From: a virus
Lineage: Duplodnaviria; Caudoviricetes
Length of the DNA stretch: 64,000 nucleotides
Virus record (IMG/VR): IMGVR_UViG_3300021254_000020
Location: 192,001 to 256,000 of that record
Strand: one strand, 5' to 3'
The notes beneath the pieces are model-generated. The model did not search any database and had not been told where the DNA came from. It saw nothing but the letters and a program-made list of their open reading frames with translations. Position 1 is the stretch's first letter. The number at the start of each line of letters is the position of its first letter. This document shows positions 21,214 to 30,325 of the stretch, piece after piece. The translations under genes and the position numbers were made by a program.

Positions 21214-22404
21214 ATGCCATTTACTAGCATCACAGACCCGAAAGACTTTGTATTGAAAACTAAATTGAATGAGTCTGAAGCATTGGCTAATGATAGTATC
21301 AATACTCCAGTTCCTGATTCTAATAAACCTGATACTGATACAAAAGAGAAACCGTTGATCATCAACCAGTATGATCCTAACGCTAAGAAAAACATTCGTA
21401 TGAATGAAGCTACTAAAAAATTGATCTGGGAATATATGGATATGACTGATATTCCTACAGTCAATACTGTATGTGCTATGAATGAGGCTGAACATAACAC
21501 TATGCTGGTTAGCCTTACTAATAAGCTATACGAGATGATTGTAGACAAGGTCGATTCAATTGATTTCGGTGAGATTCCTCAGACTAAGGGCGATATTTCT
21601 AAGTTGAGTAAATTTGAACAGCTCAATGAATGTCATAGAGTACTGCGGGAAATCTTTGAACAATACCATGAGAATACTAAACCTATCTTGGAACTAGAAA
21701 ATGCAGTTACCAATATTGAGAGCATGAAAGATATCTTTATTGGGGCTTATCTCTGTAAAGCTAACTTCCCTATAACTGTATATCAGACTATGACTCTTGC
21801 TGTTCTTAATGCTACTAGCTTTATGATCGCTAGCTGCATTGAATACATTAAGAATCCTAAGGCTGAAGGGCTTACTATTGTTCTTAATAAAACTGGTGTG
21901 GCTAAGGCTAAAGACCATCTTGTATATGAGACATTGGTTGACTTCAATGAAGCTTGCCGTAAGGGTGATGTACAAAACGCATTGAAGCCGTTTGTTCAGC
22001 ATAAGATTCGTGGCTTTGCTATGACAGCTGCTCTTGGTATCAAAGCAGTACTGGTTATTGGTGCAGTAGTTTTGGCTATTCTTCCGATGATTAAAGACTT
22101 GGTATATTTCTACTACAGTGCTCGTGCTAGAGTATCTCAGTACTTTGATATTCAAGCTAAGCTGCTGGAGATGAATGCTCAGGAACTCAAAGATAATCCT
22201 GATATTCAGACGGTGGATGATCGTAAATCGGTTATTAGTCGTCAGCTCAGTATTGCTAGAAACTTCCATGACCTTGCTAACTTCATTGGAGTAGACGCTA
22301 AGACTAGTGAAGTTAAAGCAACTAAAGAGATCAAGAATGATTCTCGTAAATATAAGATCGATGATGTAGAGACTAATCCATCTACAGATGGTCCCCTATT
22401 CTAA
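21214..22404 (+). CDS. virion protein with one hydrophobic helix
   Basis: 396 aa, co-oriented with 19784; AVLVIGAVVLAILPMI segment. Confidence 0.6.
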   Translation: MPFTSITDPKDFVLKTKLNESEALANDSINTPVPDSNKPDTDTKEKPLIINQYDPNAKKNIRMNEATKKLIWEYMDMTDIPTVNTVCAMNEAEHNTMLVSLTNKLYEMIVDKVDSIDFGEIPQTKGDISKLSKFEQLNECHRVLREIFEQYHENTKPILELENAVTNIESMKDIFIGAYLCKANFPITVYQTMTLAVLNATSFMIASCIEYIKNPKAEGLTIVLNKTGVAKAKDHLVYETLVDFNEACRKGDVQNALKPFVQHKIRGFAMTAALGIKAVLVIGAVVLAILPMIKDLVYFYYSARARVSQYFDIQAKLLEMNAQELKDNPDIQTVDDRKSVISRQLSIARNFHDLANFIGVDAKTSEVKATKEIKNDSRKYKIDDVETNPSTDGPLF

Positions 22405-22419
22405 GAAGGAGGGTATACA

Positions 22420-23535
22420 ATGATTATGGATTTAAATTCTCCCTCTAATGCAAGTCTAATTTTGGAGAAACTGAAAGAGGAAGAAGCAATTCAGTTATAT
22501 CCTAAACAGAAACCTCTTACTGAGGCTGAAGAATATATCAAAAATATGCAGGAACTCTATGAAAGCACTCAGAAAGGTATCGATGCTAATAATGAATATA
22601 ATCGCAATATCGAAGTAGCTAAAGAGGCTACTAAAGCAGAACTGCTAACTGCTGGCCTGTATAATACCTTTGTAGAACCTGTATGTGAGTCTCTTTTGGC
22701 TACCAGTCGTGAAAAAGATGTAGCCTATAACATTATTAGAGATATGGTTCAAGAAGAGGGTACTGATAATCTGCTATACAAGATGAGATATACCAATCAG
22801 TATCTTGCTGAAGCAGCGCATAGATTGGATCTCATGTATGACTCCTATTGTGAAGGAGTAGAATGTAAGATCAAAGAAGGATTGTCTGAAAAGGACGTTT
22901 GTGATATTGAAGATAAAGATATCAAAAAATATATCGACGACTGCAAAGATAACTCTAATAAGGATCTTACTAATATAATCTTCCGCAGAGTTGAAGGAGC
23001 TGTATCTGACTTCATTGATGATAAGAAGAAATCACAGTTCCGTATCAAACAGATCTATGATGATGCTAAAAAGAAGATTGAAGATTACAATCAGGCTAGC
23101 AATGCTGTAAACGCAGTTAAGCAGACTGATGGTGAAACGATGGACGGTATGGATCCTGATGCAATGGCTGGTGATACTCTGAATGCTAAATTGGATAACC
23201 AGCAGAATCAGGAGATTGTAGGTGCTGGCATGACTCCCGCTCAGGAAGCTATGGCTTGGGCTAAGGGTCAAGAGAGTGATATCTTAGATGAGCACTATAA
23301 TGTGTTCGATGCTATGGTACGTGTGTTGGTAGAATCCACCCATCGTAATGACAAGATCAAATCGCAATACATTAATGAATCAAATAAATTGAACTTCAAT
23401 AAGATTATCGGAGACGTCCGTGGTATGTATACTGTATTGGAAGCATTCAATACTGTATGTCTCATTGATGCCAACGAGGATTATGTGAAGAATATGATTC
23501 ATGAAATGTATGAAAATGCAAAATCCTCTATATAA
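22420..23535 (+). CDS. probable virion/head protein
   Basis: 371 aa, acidic and helical, third gene of the late operon. Confidence 0.55.
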   Translation: MIMDLNSPSNASLILEKLKEEEAIQLYPKQKPLTEAEEYIKNMQELYESTQKGIDANNEYNRNIEVAKEATKAELLTAGLYNTFVEPVCESLLATSREKDVAYNIIRDMVQEEGTDNLLYKMRYTNQYLAEAAHRLDLMYDSYCEGVECKIKEGLSEKDVCDIEDKDIKKYIDDCKDNSNKDLTNIIFRRVEGAVSDFIDDKKKSQFRIKQIYDDAKKKIEDYNQASNAVNAVKQTDGETMDGMDPDAMAGDTLNAKLDNQQNQEIVGAGMTPAQEAMAWAKGQESDILDEHYNVFDAMVRVLVESTHRNDKIKSQYINESNKLNFNKIIGDVRGMYTVLEAFNTVCLIDANEDYVKNMIHEMYENAKSSI

Positions 23536-23685
23536 GCTCTAAAAAGGGTTGGCGTGTGTAGGAACACACGCCACTCTATTTTGTATGTAATTTACAAAAA
23601 ATAAAGGATCTAATTCAAGCTCACTCCCTATAATTAAAAAAGAGATACCCCAATAAGGGGTATCTCTAAAATGCTGGATAAATTC

Positions 23686-24648
23686 TTATCCACGAAGAGC
23701 CTCAACAACTTCGCCGAGAGCTGCTGCATCTTCTTCGTTGAATTCGGGATCTCCGCCAAGAGTTTTCTTCCATACCCATTTACCACCGACAAACAACAGT
23801 ACGCCAGTTCCTGCTGCTGCTGCCAAGCTCGTTTTCGGATGCTGGAACATCCACAGCTTCATGCTGTCAGTCCAACCAAACTGACCATTCTGATTCGGCT
23901 GTATACCCATCATCATAGCTGCCTGATTCGCCAGCTGCTGTCCAGTTACCTGAGCCTGAGGCTGAACTACCTGCTGATTGATCGGCTGCTGCGGAATGGT
24001 CTGCTGTTGTGCCTGGGGCTGAGGCTGCTGAACTGCCTGCTGTACCGGCTGCTGATACTGACCCATCATCTGTGCTGCTGCATTGTTATTCATTTCCATG
24101 ATATATCTCTCCTTTACTTTCTGACCTAAGTCGGTCACCTTCTGAAATAAACTTCTGTTTTGTTCCATTTGAGGAACCTCCCCATTTGCCATTCTTGGTA
24201 ACAGACGTGCATCATAGGAGGGGAACCTATTCTGCATATCTACTAACTGTTCCCATCTAATGTATCTTTCAATATCTATAGGATGTGCTCCCATAGGTAA
24301 TGAAGGATCATAGTCAGGAACCATAATTGGTGGTATTTGGATACCTTTTTGCTGTGCTGCTGAAAGTACCCAAGCTACCTTTTGACGAGCTTGCTCTGCA
24401 AGTTCTGGTGTCCATTGAGGAAGGCTACCAATAGGTACTCTGGTTACCACATCCATCAATGGACCTTTGTACACACCTTGGTTTTTCAATTCAGCTAATC
24501 CCTCCTCAATACTATTTGGTTGAGTTACTGTAGTATAGTACCACGGAACTATTCCCGCATACTTAAATACATTCTCCCAACCATGCATGGATGACTGTCC
24601 AGCTGTCGCAGTCATATGTGGGACAGCTTCGTAGTTTTTACTCATCAT
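23686..24648 (-). CDS. Gln-rich early membrane-anchored protein
   Basis: 320 aa; QQPVQQAVQQPQPQAQQQ tract; C-terminal hydrophobic helix (LAAAAGTGVLLFVGG); early motif at 24720-24735. Confidence 0.75.
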   Translation of the reverse strand: MMSKNYEAVPHMTATAGQSSMHGWENVFKYAGIVPWYYTTVTQPNSIEEGLAELKNQGVYKGPLMDVVTRVPIGSLPQWTPELAEQARQKVAWVLSAAQQKGIQIPPIMVPDYDPSLPMGAHPIDIERYIRWEQLVDMQNRFPSYDARLLPRMANGEVPQMEQNRSLFQKVTDLGQKVKERYIMEMNNNAAAQMMGQYQQPVQQAVQQPQPQAQQQTIPQQPINQQVVQPQAQVTGQQLANQAAMMMGIQPNQNGQFGWTDSMKLWMFQHPKTSLAAAAGTGVLLFVGGKWVWKKTLGGDPEFNEEDAAALGEVVEALRG

Positions 24649-24759
24649 TATACCTCCTTTCTTCTATGAGTAAAAAATCCAAGGTTAAAATGGTCGAATA
24701 GAAGCATTCCTGCTTCTATTCACTTCTATAATATACAATCATATTTTCGTTTACCAAGC

Positions 24760-24888
24760 AAAAAATTAAGTAGGTAATAACACGGCAATATTATTTCTCT
24801 ACTTAATTCTTTCGTTGATAAGGTTAGCCTAGATACCAAAATATAATATTTAATTTAATGAGGTTCCCTATTCCTCGTATCCTTATCA
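24760..24888 (-). ncRNA. candidate small RNA
   Basis: Early motif at 24886-24901, no ORF, GATAAGG/CCTTATC stem, 10-bp terminator stem plus U-run. Confidence 0.35.
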
Positions 24889-24964
24889 TTATTATAGTAT
24901 ATAGCTGTAATTTGCTTTACAAAAAAATACCTCCCAAGTGGGAGGCAAATTATTATTATCACAA

Positions 24965-25558
24965 TTAGGCGAGCATGGCATCAAACCATGTCCAATCTTT
25001 CTTATAGTATTTCTTATCAGCGAAAACAGCTTCAATCGGTTTGATCTTGCCTTCTGAATAGGCAATCGCATCAGACTCTAATCTGCCCAATCCATAGATC
25101 CCCCATTTTTCATCTTTATGATATGCACCCATATCTAATCCATTGTCGATGATATACCGGAATTGCATACAGTGTCGATACTCATGTGCTATAGTTCTAT
25201 GGATACATTCTCTCAGCTTATCCGCAGAAATTCCAACACCAAGTGTAGTAGCCATCCATATAATGCTATTAGCTACTGTTTTTGGTATATTATTTGATTC
25301 TGAAATATCTTTTTGAAAATTGTAAATAATACTTTCTGGATAAAATGAAACACCGCATAACTCATCTGGGATATTTCTTCTATATGTTACTTTCGTATGG
25401 GTCATACCCATAGCTTTATAATTTCCAAAACAGAATCCAGATGAACTATGTTTATTATCTGGTAATCCTTCTCTAATCTCCACTTTGCATGGGAAATCAA
25501 AGTCTCTCAATTCCTCTGCAAAAATCTTTGCGATGTTTCTCTCATTTAATCTAAACAT
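24965..25558 (-). CDS. HExxH metallopeptidase-like protein
   Basis: TIAHEYRHCMQ...LESDA. Confidence 0.55.
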   Translation of the reverse strand: MFRLNERNIAKIFAEELRDFDFPCKVEIREGLPDNKHSSSGFCFGNYKAMGMTHTKVTYRRNIPDELCGVSFYPESIIYNFQKDISESNNIPKTVANSIIWMATTLGVGISADKLRECIHRTIAHEYRHCMQFRYIIDNGLDMGAYHKDEKWGIYGLGRLESDAIAYSEGKIKPIEAVFADKKYYKKDWTWFDAMLA

Positions 25559-25560
25559 GA

Positions 25561-25869
25561 TTACTCCTCCTCCATTAAGCTATCAATGACGATTGACATA
25601 TGTTTGCTATCATTTGGATCATAATTCTTAATGTACTTCCATGGGTCTTCATATGGTGGTAAATAACATTGTTTCTTATTAACCCTCATATGATATGGAA
25701 TCCATCCCCTCACATTCCATGGACCAACACATATAGATATTTCCCTATGTTGGAAATGATCATCGATCTCATGCTTGAGATCTAAGAATACGGTTGGTCC
25801 TCCTAGAATTATTGCTACAATTATTAGGAATATGGTTCTAGGTATGAATTTGCTGTCCATCTTACTCAC
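25561..25869 (-). CDS. small membrane protein
   Basis: N-terminal hydrophobic helix; early motif at 25888-25903. Confidence 0.65.
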   Translation of the reverse strand: MSKMDSKFIPRTIFLIIVAIILGGPTVFLDLKHEIDDHFQHREISICVGPWNVRGWIPYHMRVNKKQCYLPPYEDPWKYIKNYDPNDSKHMSIVIDSLMEEE

Positions 25870-25966
25870 CTCCTAATATGGACTTATTCACTACTATAAT
25901 ATATTAATAAAAAATAGGCAAGTTACAAAAATAAGGAGAGGCCAATTAAGGCCTCTCCCATTGATA

Positions 25967-26326
25967 TCATTTAGCTTCTCTCTCCATTATTTCTTTAAGT
26001 ATAACTTCCTGAATATTGTTGTAGTCATTGGTCTCTTCAAATATAGTACCAATAACAGCCTTATGATCTGGTTTAGATACATCAATTAGATTCTCAAATC
26101 CATCTAAAATTGGACCTATATCTGCCCATGTTAGTTTGTCATTACATCTCTTATTTATCTCATTTATGATATTAAGTATACGAGCTGCATACTCACTCAT
26201 AATCTGATGATATTTTAGGCTATGTTTCACATCATTCATTATAGATAACAATTCTTCTTTTGGGGTTGGCACTAGGTCTTCTACATTCAACTCCTTTTTA
26301 CTAAATAGATCGAACACTTTGGACAA
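25967..26326 (-). CDS. hypothetical early protein
   Basis: 119 aa, TTG start with GGAGG RBS; early motif at 26362-26377. Confidence 0.65.
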   Translation of the reverse strand: MSKVFDLFSKKELNVEDLVPTPKEELLSIMNDVKHSLKYHQIMSEYAARILNIINEINKRCNDKLTWADIGPILDGFENLIDVSKPDHKAVIGTIFEETNDYNNIQEVILKEIMEREAK

Positions 26327-26430
26327 TTCTCATTTCCTCCTAATAATATATTTTTGGTATACCACTTCTATAGTATATAACTGACAAAGGATTACCCTAG
26401 GGAATCAAATCCCTAGGGTAATATACAACC

Positions 26431-26847
26431 TCATACACGAATGACATATTCTCCAGGACCATAAGATTCTAGGGATGCGAATATTGGTAGATAACTATAA
26501 TGGGAGATTCGATTTAGAACAAAGCATTGTTCTTCATCAGTCAACAGATGGCGATACGTATTAAATTGATTTAATACATAATGAGTCCATACTGATGCTA
26601 GATCTCTAAACTCACGTACCTTATCACTACTATTAATAGTAGATAAGATATGAATAGCTCGATCTACTCCAATATCTATACCCTTAAGAATATACTGACT
26701 TCCTAATGTGAATCTAGATAAACTATCATTACTGAACATACCAGCTCTTAATAGCTTAATCTTAATAGTGCTCAGCATGTTTAAATCATTTCTCATGATA
26801 TCCGGAGTTTCATTAACGTAAGGTAAGTTTGTATACAACGTACTCAT
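26431..26847 (-). CDS. hypothetical protein
   Basis: 138 aa, start overlaps the rusA stop. Confidence 0.7.
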   Translation of the reverse strand: MSTLYTNLPYVNETPDIMRNDLNMLSTIKIKLLRAGMFSNDSLSRFTLGSQYILKGIDIGVDRAIHILSTINSSDKVREFRDLASVWTHYVLNQFNTYRHLLTDEEQCFVLNRISHYSYLPIFASLESYGPGEYVIRV

Positions 26848-27563
26848 TCCTTCCTGAAATAGGTTACGTTGTCCGCATTTTCTACTCTTTTTACTACTGA
26901 ATCATACTGTATTCTGTTGTAGAGCATATTGAGGTATCTTAATGATATCTCAACTCTTGGTAGAATAGAATAGTATTTAGCCATACTAGATTCTATAACT
27001 AGAGCATCGTCTAGCCATACATTACCATTATACATATCACTATACTTCTTCTCTAAGTTATCAAAATCTGGTTTAGTAATTGGTCTAATCATTCCCAATT
27101 CTGCCAAGTAAGTATCAATCGCATTAAATTGACTAGGGGTGTGGATATATGCTTCGTAGTGTACAATACAAGGAGTATTAATCAGGTAGTCGGCCTCTAA
27201 TAGTTCTTGTTCAGATAATAACCGTTTCATAAAAGTTCTATCAGCATCACCAGTAATAGAATAAATCTGTATAAATCCAGGATTGGCTTTAGCTGCTGCC
27301 ACGGCATTACTACGCTTTATATATCTTGCTCTTGGTCTTGGTGCTCCTTCTGGTTCTTCGTATAGAATTATTTTTAGCTCCTTAGAGAATCGTAATGCAC
27401 CCATCATTTCGTTTCTCATTTTAAAAATAGTATCGGCCTTGGCTGGAGTTAGGTGTAGATGCTCATACATCCAATCTAGCCTTTGTTGATAGTCTCTAGG
27501 GATCTCGCTATACTTTTTAGCATAGATCTCTTCTTTTTGTTTTCTTGATTTAGATACTGCCAT
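26844..27563 (-). CDS. rusA: RusA-family Holliday junction resolvase
   Basis: PEGAPRPR and TKPDFDNLEKKYSDMYNGNVWLDDALV...KYYSILPRVEI match the RusA KPDxDN...DD signature. Confidence 0.85.
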   Translation of the reverse strand: MAVSKSRKQKEEIYAKKYSEIPRDYQQRLDWMYEHLHLTPAKADTIFKMRNEMMGALRFSKELKIILYEEPEGAPRPRARYIKRSNAVAAAKANPGFIQIYSITGDADRTFMKRLLSEQELLEADYLINTPCIVHYEAYIHTPSQFNAIDTYLAELGMIRPITKPDFDNLEKKYSDMYNGNVWLDDALVIESSMAKYYSILPRVEISLRYLNMLYNRIQYDSVVKRVENADNVTYFRKE

Positions 27564-27678
27564 ATATAGCTCCCTTTTTTAATATATTGACACGTATATC
27601 GAAACGCATCTTTACTATCCAGTATAATAAAAAATAAAAAATAGCAGCCCCAATACGAGGCTGCTACCCTTTTCTCTC

Positions 27679-27972
27679 TTAACGAGAAGCATAAGAGGAG
27701 TTCAACATCATTGCATCCTGCCAGATCTGAGGACTCAGTTCCTCATGATAGATAATCCTAAGACGTGCTTCATACAGCTTCAAGTTCTCGATAAGGGTTC
27801 CTTCATGGATCCACTTAATCAGTAACTCCTGTGTCTGCTGCTGAATGTGCTGTTTGGACTGCTCTTGCTGTCTCAGCATCTGAGTAGTAGCCTCGACATT
27901 CTCTCTCACCTTATCGCTTCCAAAATACATTGTGGCTGCCCCGGCAGCAAAACCAAACACGAAACCCAACAT
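27679..27972 (-). CDS. small early membrane-anchored protein
   Basis: MLGFVFGFAAGAATMYFG N-terminal anchor followed by Q-rich coil; early motif at 28024-28039. Confidence 0.7.
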   Translation of the reverse strand: MLGFVFGFAAGAATMYFGSDKVRENVEATTQMLRQQEQSKQHIQQQTQELLIKWIHEGTLIENLKLYEARLRIIYHEELSPQIWQDAMMLNSSYASR

Positions 27973-28062
27973 AAAAAATACCTCCTTTGATTATACGTAT
28001 AGAGACATCCTAATTGTCTCTATTCACTATTATAGTATATAATCAAAGAGAGGATTGACTTA

Positions 28063-30243
28063 TCACATTTTGTTTCTGCTGAAATTCCAGAAATTCTGAA
28101 CTAATGAGAATGTATTCTTAACTATATCTACTGGTACACTTACTATAGCATCTTGAAGTCTATTAGCACCTTTAATCATCCACCACAGTTCTAGTGTACG
28201 GCTCAAGCTGGCTGGTGCTACGTTTACTCCGCAGAGATTGGCTAAATAATCTAATTGAGCAGGATTGGAGAGAATAGTATTATTACTCTTACCCATAGAT
28301 TGTGTCATAACAGAATACAAGTCTTTTATAGATAGTTGCACTGTTATCTGAGTAGGTAAACCTTCTTGAGTCCAGCATCCCTGATCACCTTTAACTATTT
28401 CACAAGAGGTTACTATACCCATATCTATATGGAACATTGATTTATAGAATGCTCTAACTAGAAATGGGGAAATATATGTATTATCACCTGCACAACGAGG
28501 TAGGCAGAATCCCATAATATGAATTAGAGGAACTAGTATATTTAGGTATATTGACAATGGATCGCAATCTGGGGAGTCTAATTTGATAGTAACATTATAA
28601 CTTCTACCAAATTGAGAATCTGCCCAAATCTCTGGGAAATACATTCTACCACCAGCTAGTAGTGAAGTAATATTACCTACAATTGAATTGAACAACCCTT
28701 TACCATTACCTATTTTACTATCTTCTCCTGATAATTTGGAAGTAGCACTAGTAGTATCAGTCTTAGATCCTATTCCAGTGAGATCAGTCATTGATGATTG
28801 CAACCCACCCATTATAAACATTGCTTCCATAGCCTTATCAGAAATACCATTGATTTGTCCAGCTATACCTGATTGTCTGGTTTGAGTTCCTAAACTTTCT
28901 TGTACTTGAGCTTCTGAGTTTATATAGAATTGTACTGCTCCATGGTAGTACGATGCTATATTAAATCCTGAATTAAATGCCCAGTTGAATGACCCTAGTT
29001 TATCACCACTACCAACTTTCATAGCTTCATTATATGCTGAACCAAAAATTTCTCCAGATGAATTATCTCTAGATGCCGCATTAATACTAGGAACGCTTAC
29101 TTTATCTAGTCCTAAGAATGTAGCCACAGCTCTGCAAGCAGAATTAACGGTATAATAGTATTCTGATGATGCTAATTTGAAGGAGTAGTATTCTCCTCCA
29201 TTACCATTGATAATTTTTTCTAACTCATCACTACCAGTTATACCAACTATTGCTTCCCCTATCTTTTCTTTTGCACTATTAGTATATCCTCGTAGAAATA
29301 TAGCCTCACCAGGCTGCATAATCATAATAGGAGCTCTACTAACTATCTTCTCTCTATATTTTCTTCCAAACATCGTTAAATCGCTAGTAGCTTTTCTAAC
29401 ATCGTTTGCTGGGCGAAGATCTGTACTGGGTAAGAATTGATATGGCATACCAAATACATGTCTGATATCACCATCTTTAAGATTCAAAGCTGCTTGCCTA
29501 TATGCAGCAGTGGATCTATCTCTTAGCATATCCAATTCTTCCATTATAGAATTACTATATTTCTCTCGTTCCTCCATATCTTGTCTTTCAAACTCATTAT
29601 AGGTTATTCCACTAGCACTACCATTACTAACAGCGTTACCTAATTTGGCATCAGTAGCTTTCATAGTATACGTCTTGCCATCTTTCTCAAATGTGATATT
29701 ACCATTCTCATCAGGACCGCTGGTTAAAATACTCATATTATTAGAATCAGTTATCCCAATCTCTTCTGCTGTATAAGTAGTTCCATCTTCTGCTACTACC
29801 TGAGCATTTTTATTGGTAGATATGATTTCTGAACCATTGATGCTATCTGAGCTATTTGCCTCTTCTTGTTTAGCAGTATCACTGTCTGCAGGAATACCAT
29901 CTGTGGTTGTGGATGTATCAACAGTAGCTATACCAACCTCTTCTGTATCTGGAATTGATTCGCCATCGTATATTGGATTACCATCATCATCTAATATAGG
30001 ATCTGAAGTAAATCTCATCATTCTTATTTTAGGAATTGCTTCTCTATAGTTAGCTGGGTCTTTATCTATACTTAGATCATTAGTCTTAAATATATAATTA
30101 CCAGCAGAGGTTCTCAACCAACCTGCTTCTTCTGCTGCTACATATACTAGCTTATTCTTGCCTATTACATTTATTACTCTAGCATCACCGCTAGGTGTTT
30201 GTCTAACAAGTACCGGTGCACCAGTAACCTTATATATTACCAT
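28063..30243 (-). CDS. virion structural protein (baseplate hub/tube-like) with N-terminal SH3-like domain
   Basis: VLVRQTPSGDARVINVI...GWLR (SH3b-like); C-terminal FPEIWADSQFGRSYNVTIKLDSP; late motif at 30270-30283; follows the tape-measure-like gene. Confidence 0.55.
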   Translation of the reverse strand: MVIYKVTGAPVLVRQTPSGDARVINVIGKNKLVYVAAEEAGWLRTSAGNYIFKTNDLSIDKDPANYREAIPKIRMMRFTSDPILDDDGNPIYDGESIPDTEEVGIATVDTSTTTDGIPADSDTAKQEEANSSDSINGSEIISTNKNAQVVAEDGTTYTAEEIGITDSNNMSILTSGPDENGNITFEKDGKTYTMKATDAKLGNAVSNGSASGITYNEFERQDMEEREKYSNSIMEELDMLRDRSTAAYRQAALNLKDGDIRHVFGMPYQFLPSTDLRPANDVRKATSDLTMFGRKYREKIVSRAPIMIMQPGEAIFLRGYTNSAKEKIGEAIVGITGSDELEKIINGNGGEYYSFKLASSEYYYTVNSACRAVATFLGLDKVSVPSINAASRDNSSGEIFGSAYNEAMKVGSGDKLGSFNWAFNSGFNIASYYHGAVQFYINSEAQVQESLGTQTRQSGIAGQINGISDKAMEAMFIMGGLQSSMTDLTGIGSKTDTTSATSKLSGEDSKIGNGKGLFNSIVGNITSLLAGGRMYFPEIWADSQFGRSYNVTIKLDSPDCDPLSIYLNILVPLIHIMGFCLPRCAGDNTYISPFLVRAFYKSMFHIDMGIVTSCEIVKGDQGCWTQEGLPTQITVQLSIKDLYSVMTQSMGKSNNTILSNPAQLDYLANLCGVNVAPASLSRTLELWWMIKGANRLQDAIVSVPVDIVKNTFSLVQNFWNFSRNKM

Positions 30244-30284
30244 TGGGATCCTCCTCCCTATCTATTTCAATTACAGCAATGTCA

Positions 30285-30310
30285 GGGGTAGCGGAATTTA
30301 CCGCTACCCC
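30285..30310. terminator. hairpin terminator after the giant gene
   Basis: GGGGTAGCGG/CCGCTACCCC 10-bp stem. Confidence 0.65.
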
Positions 30311-30325
30311 CAACTAATTTGTGTG

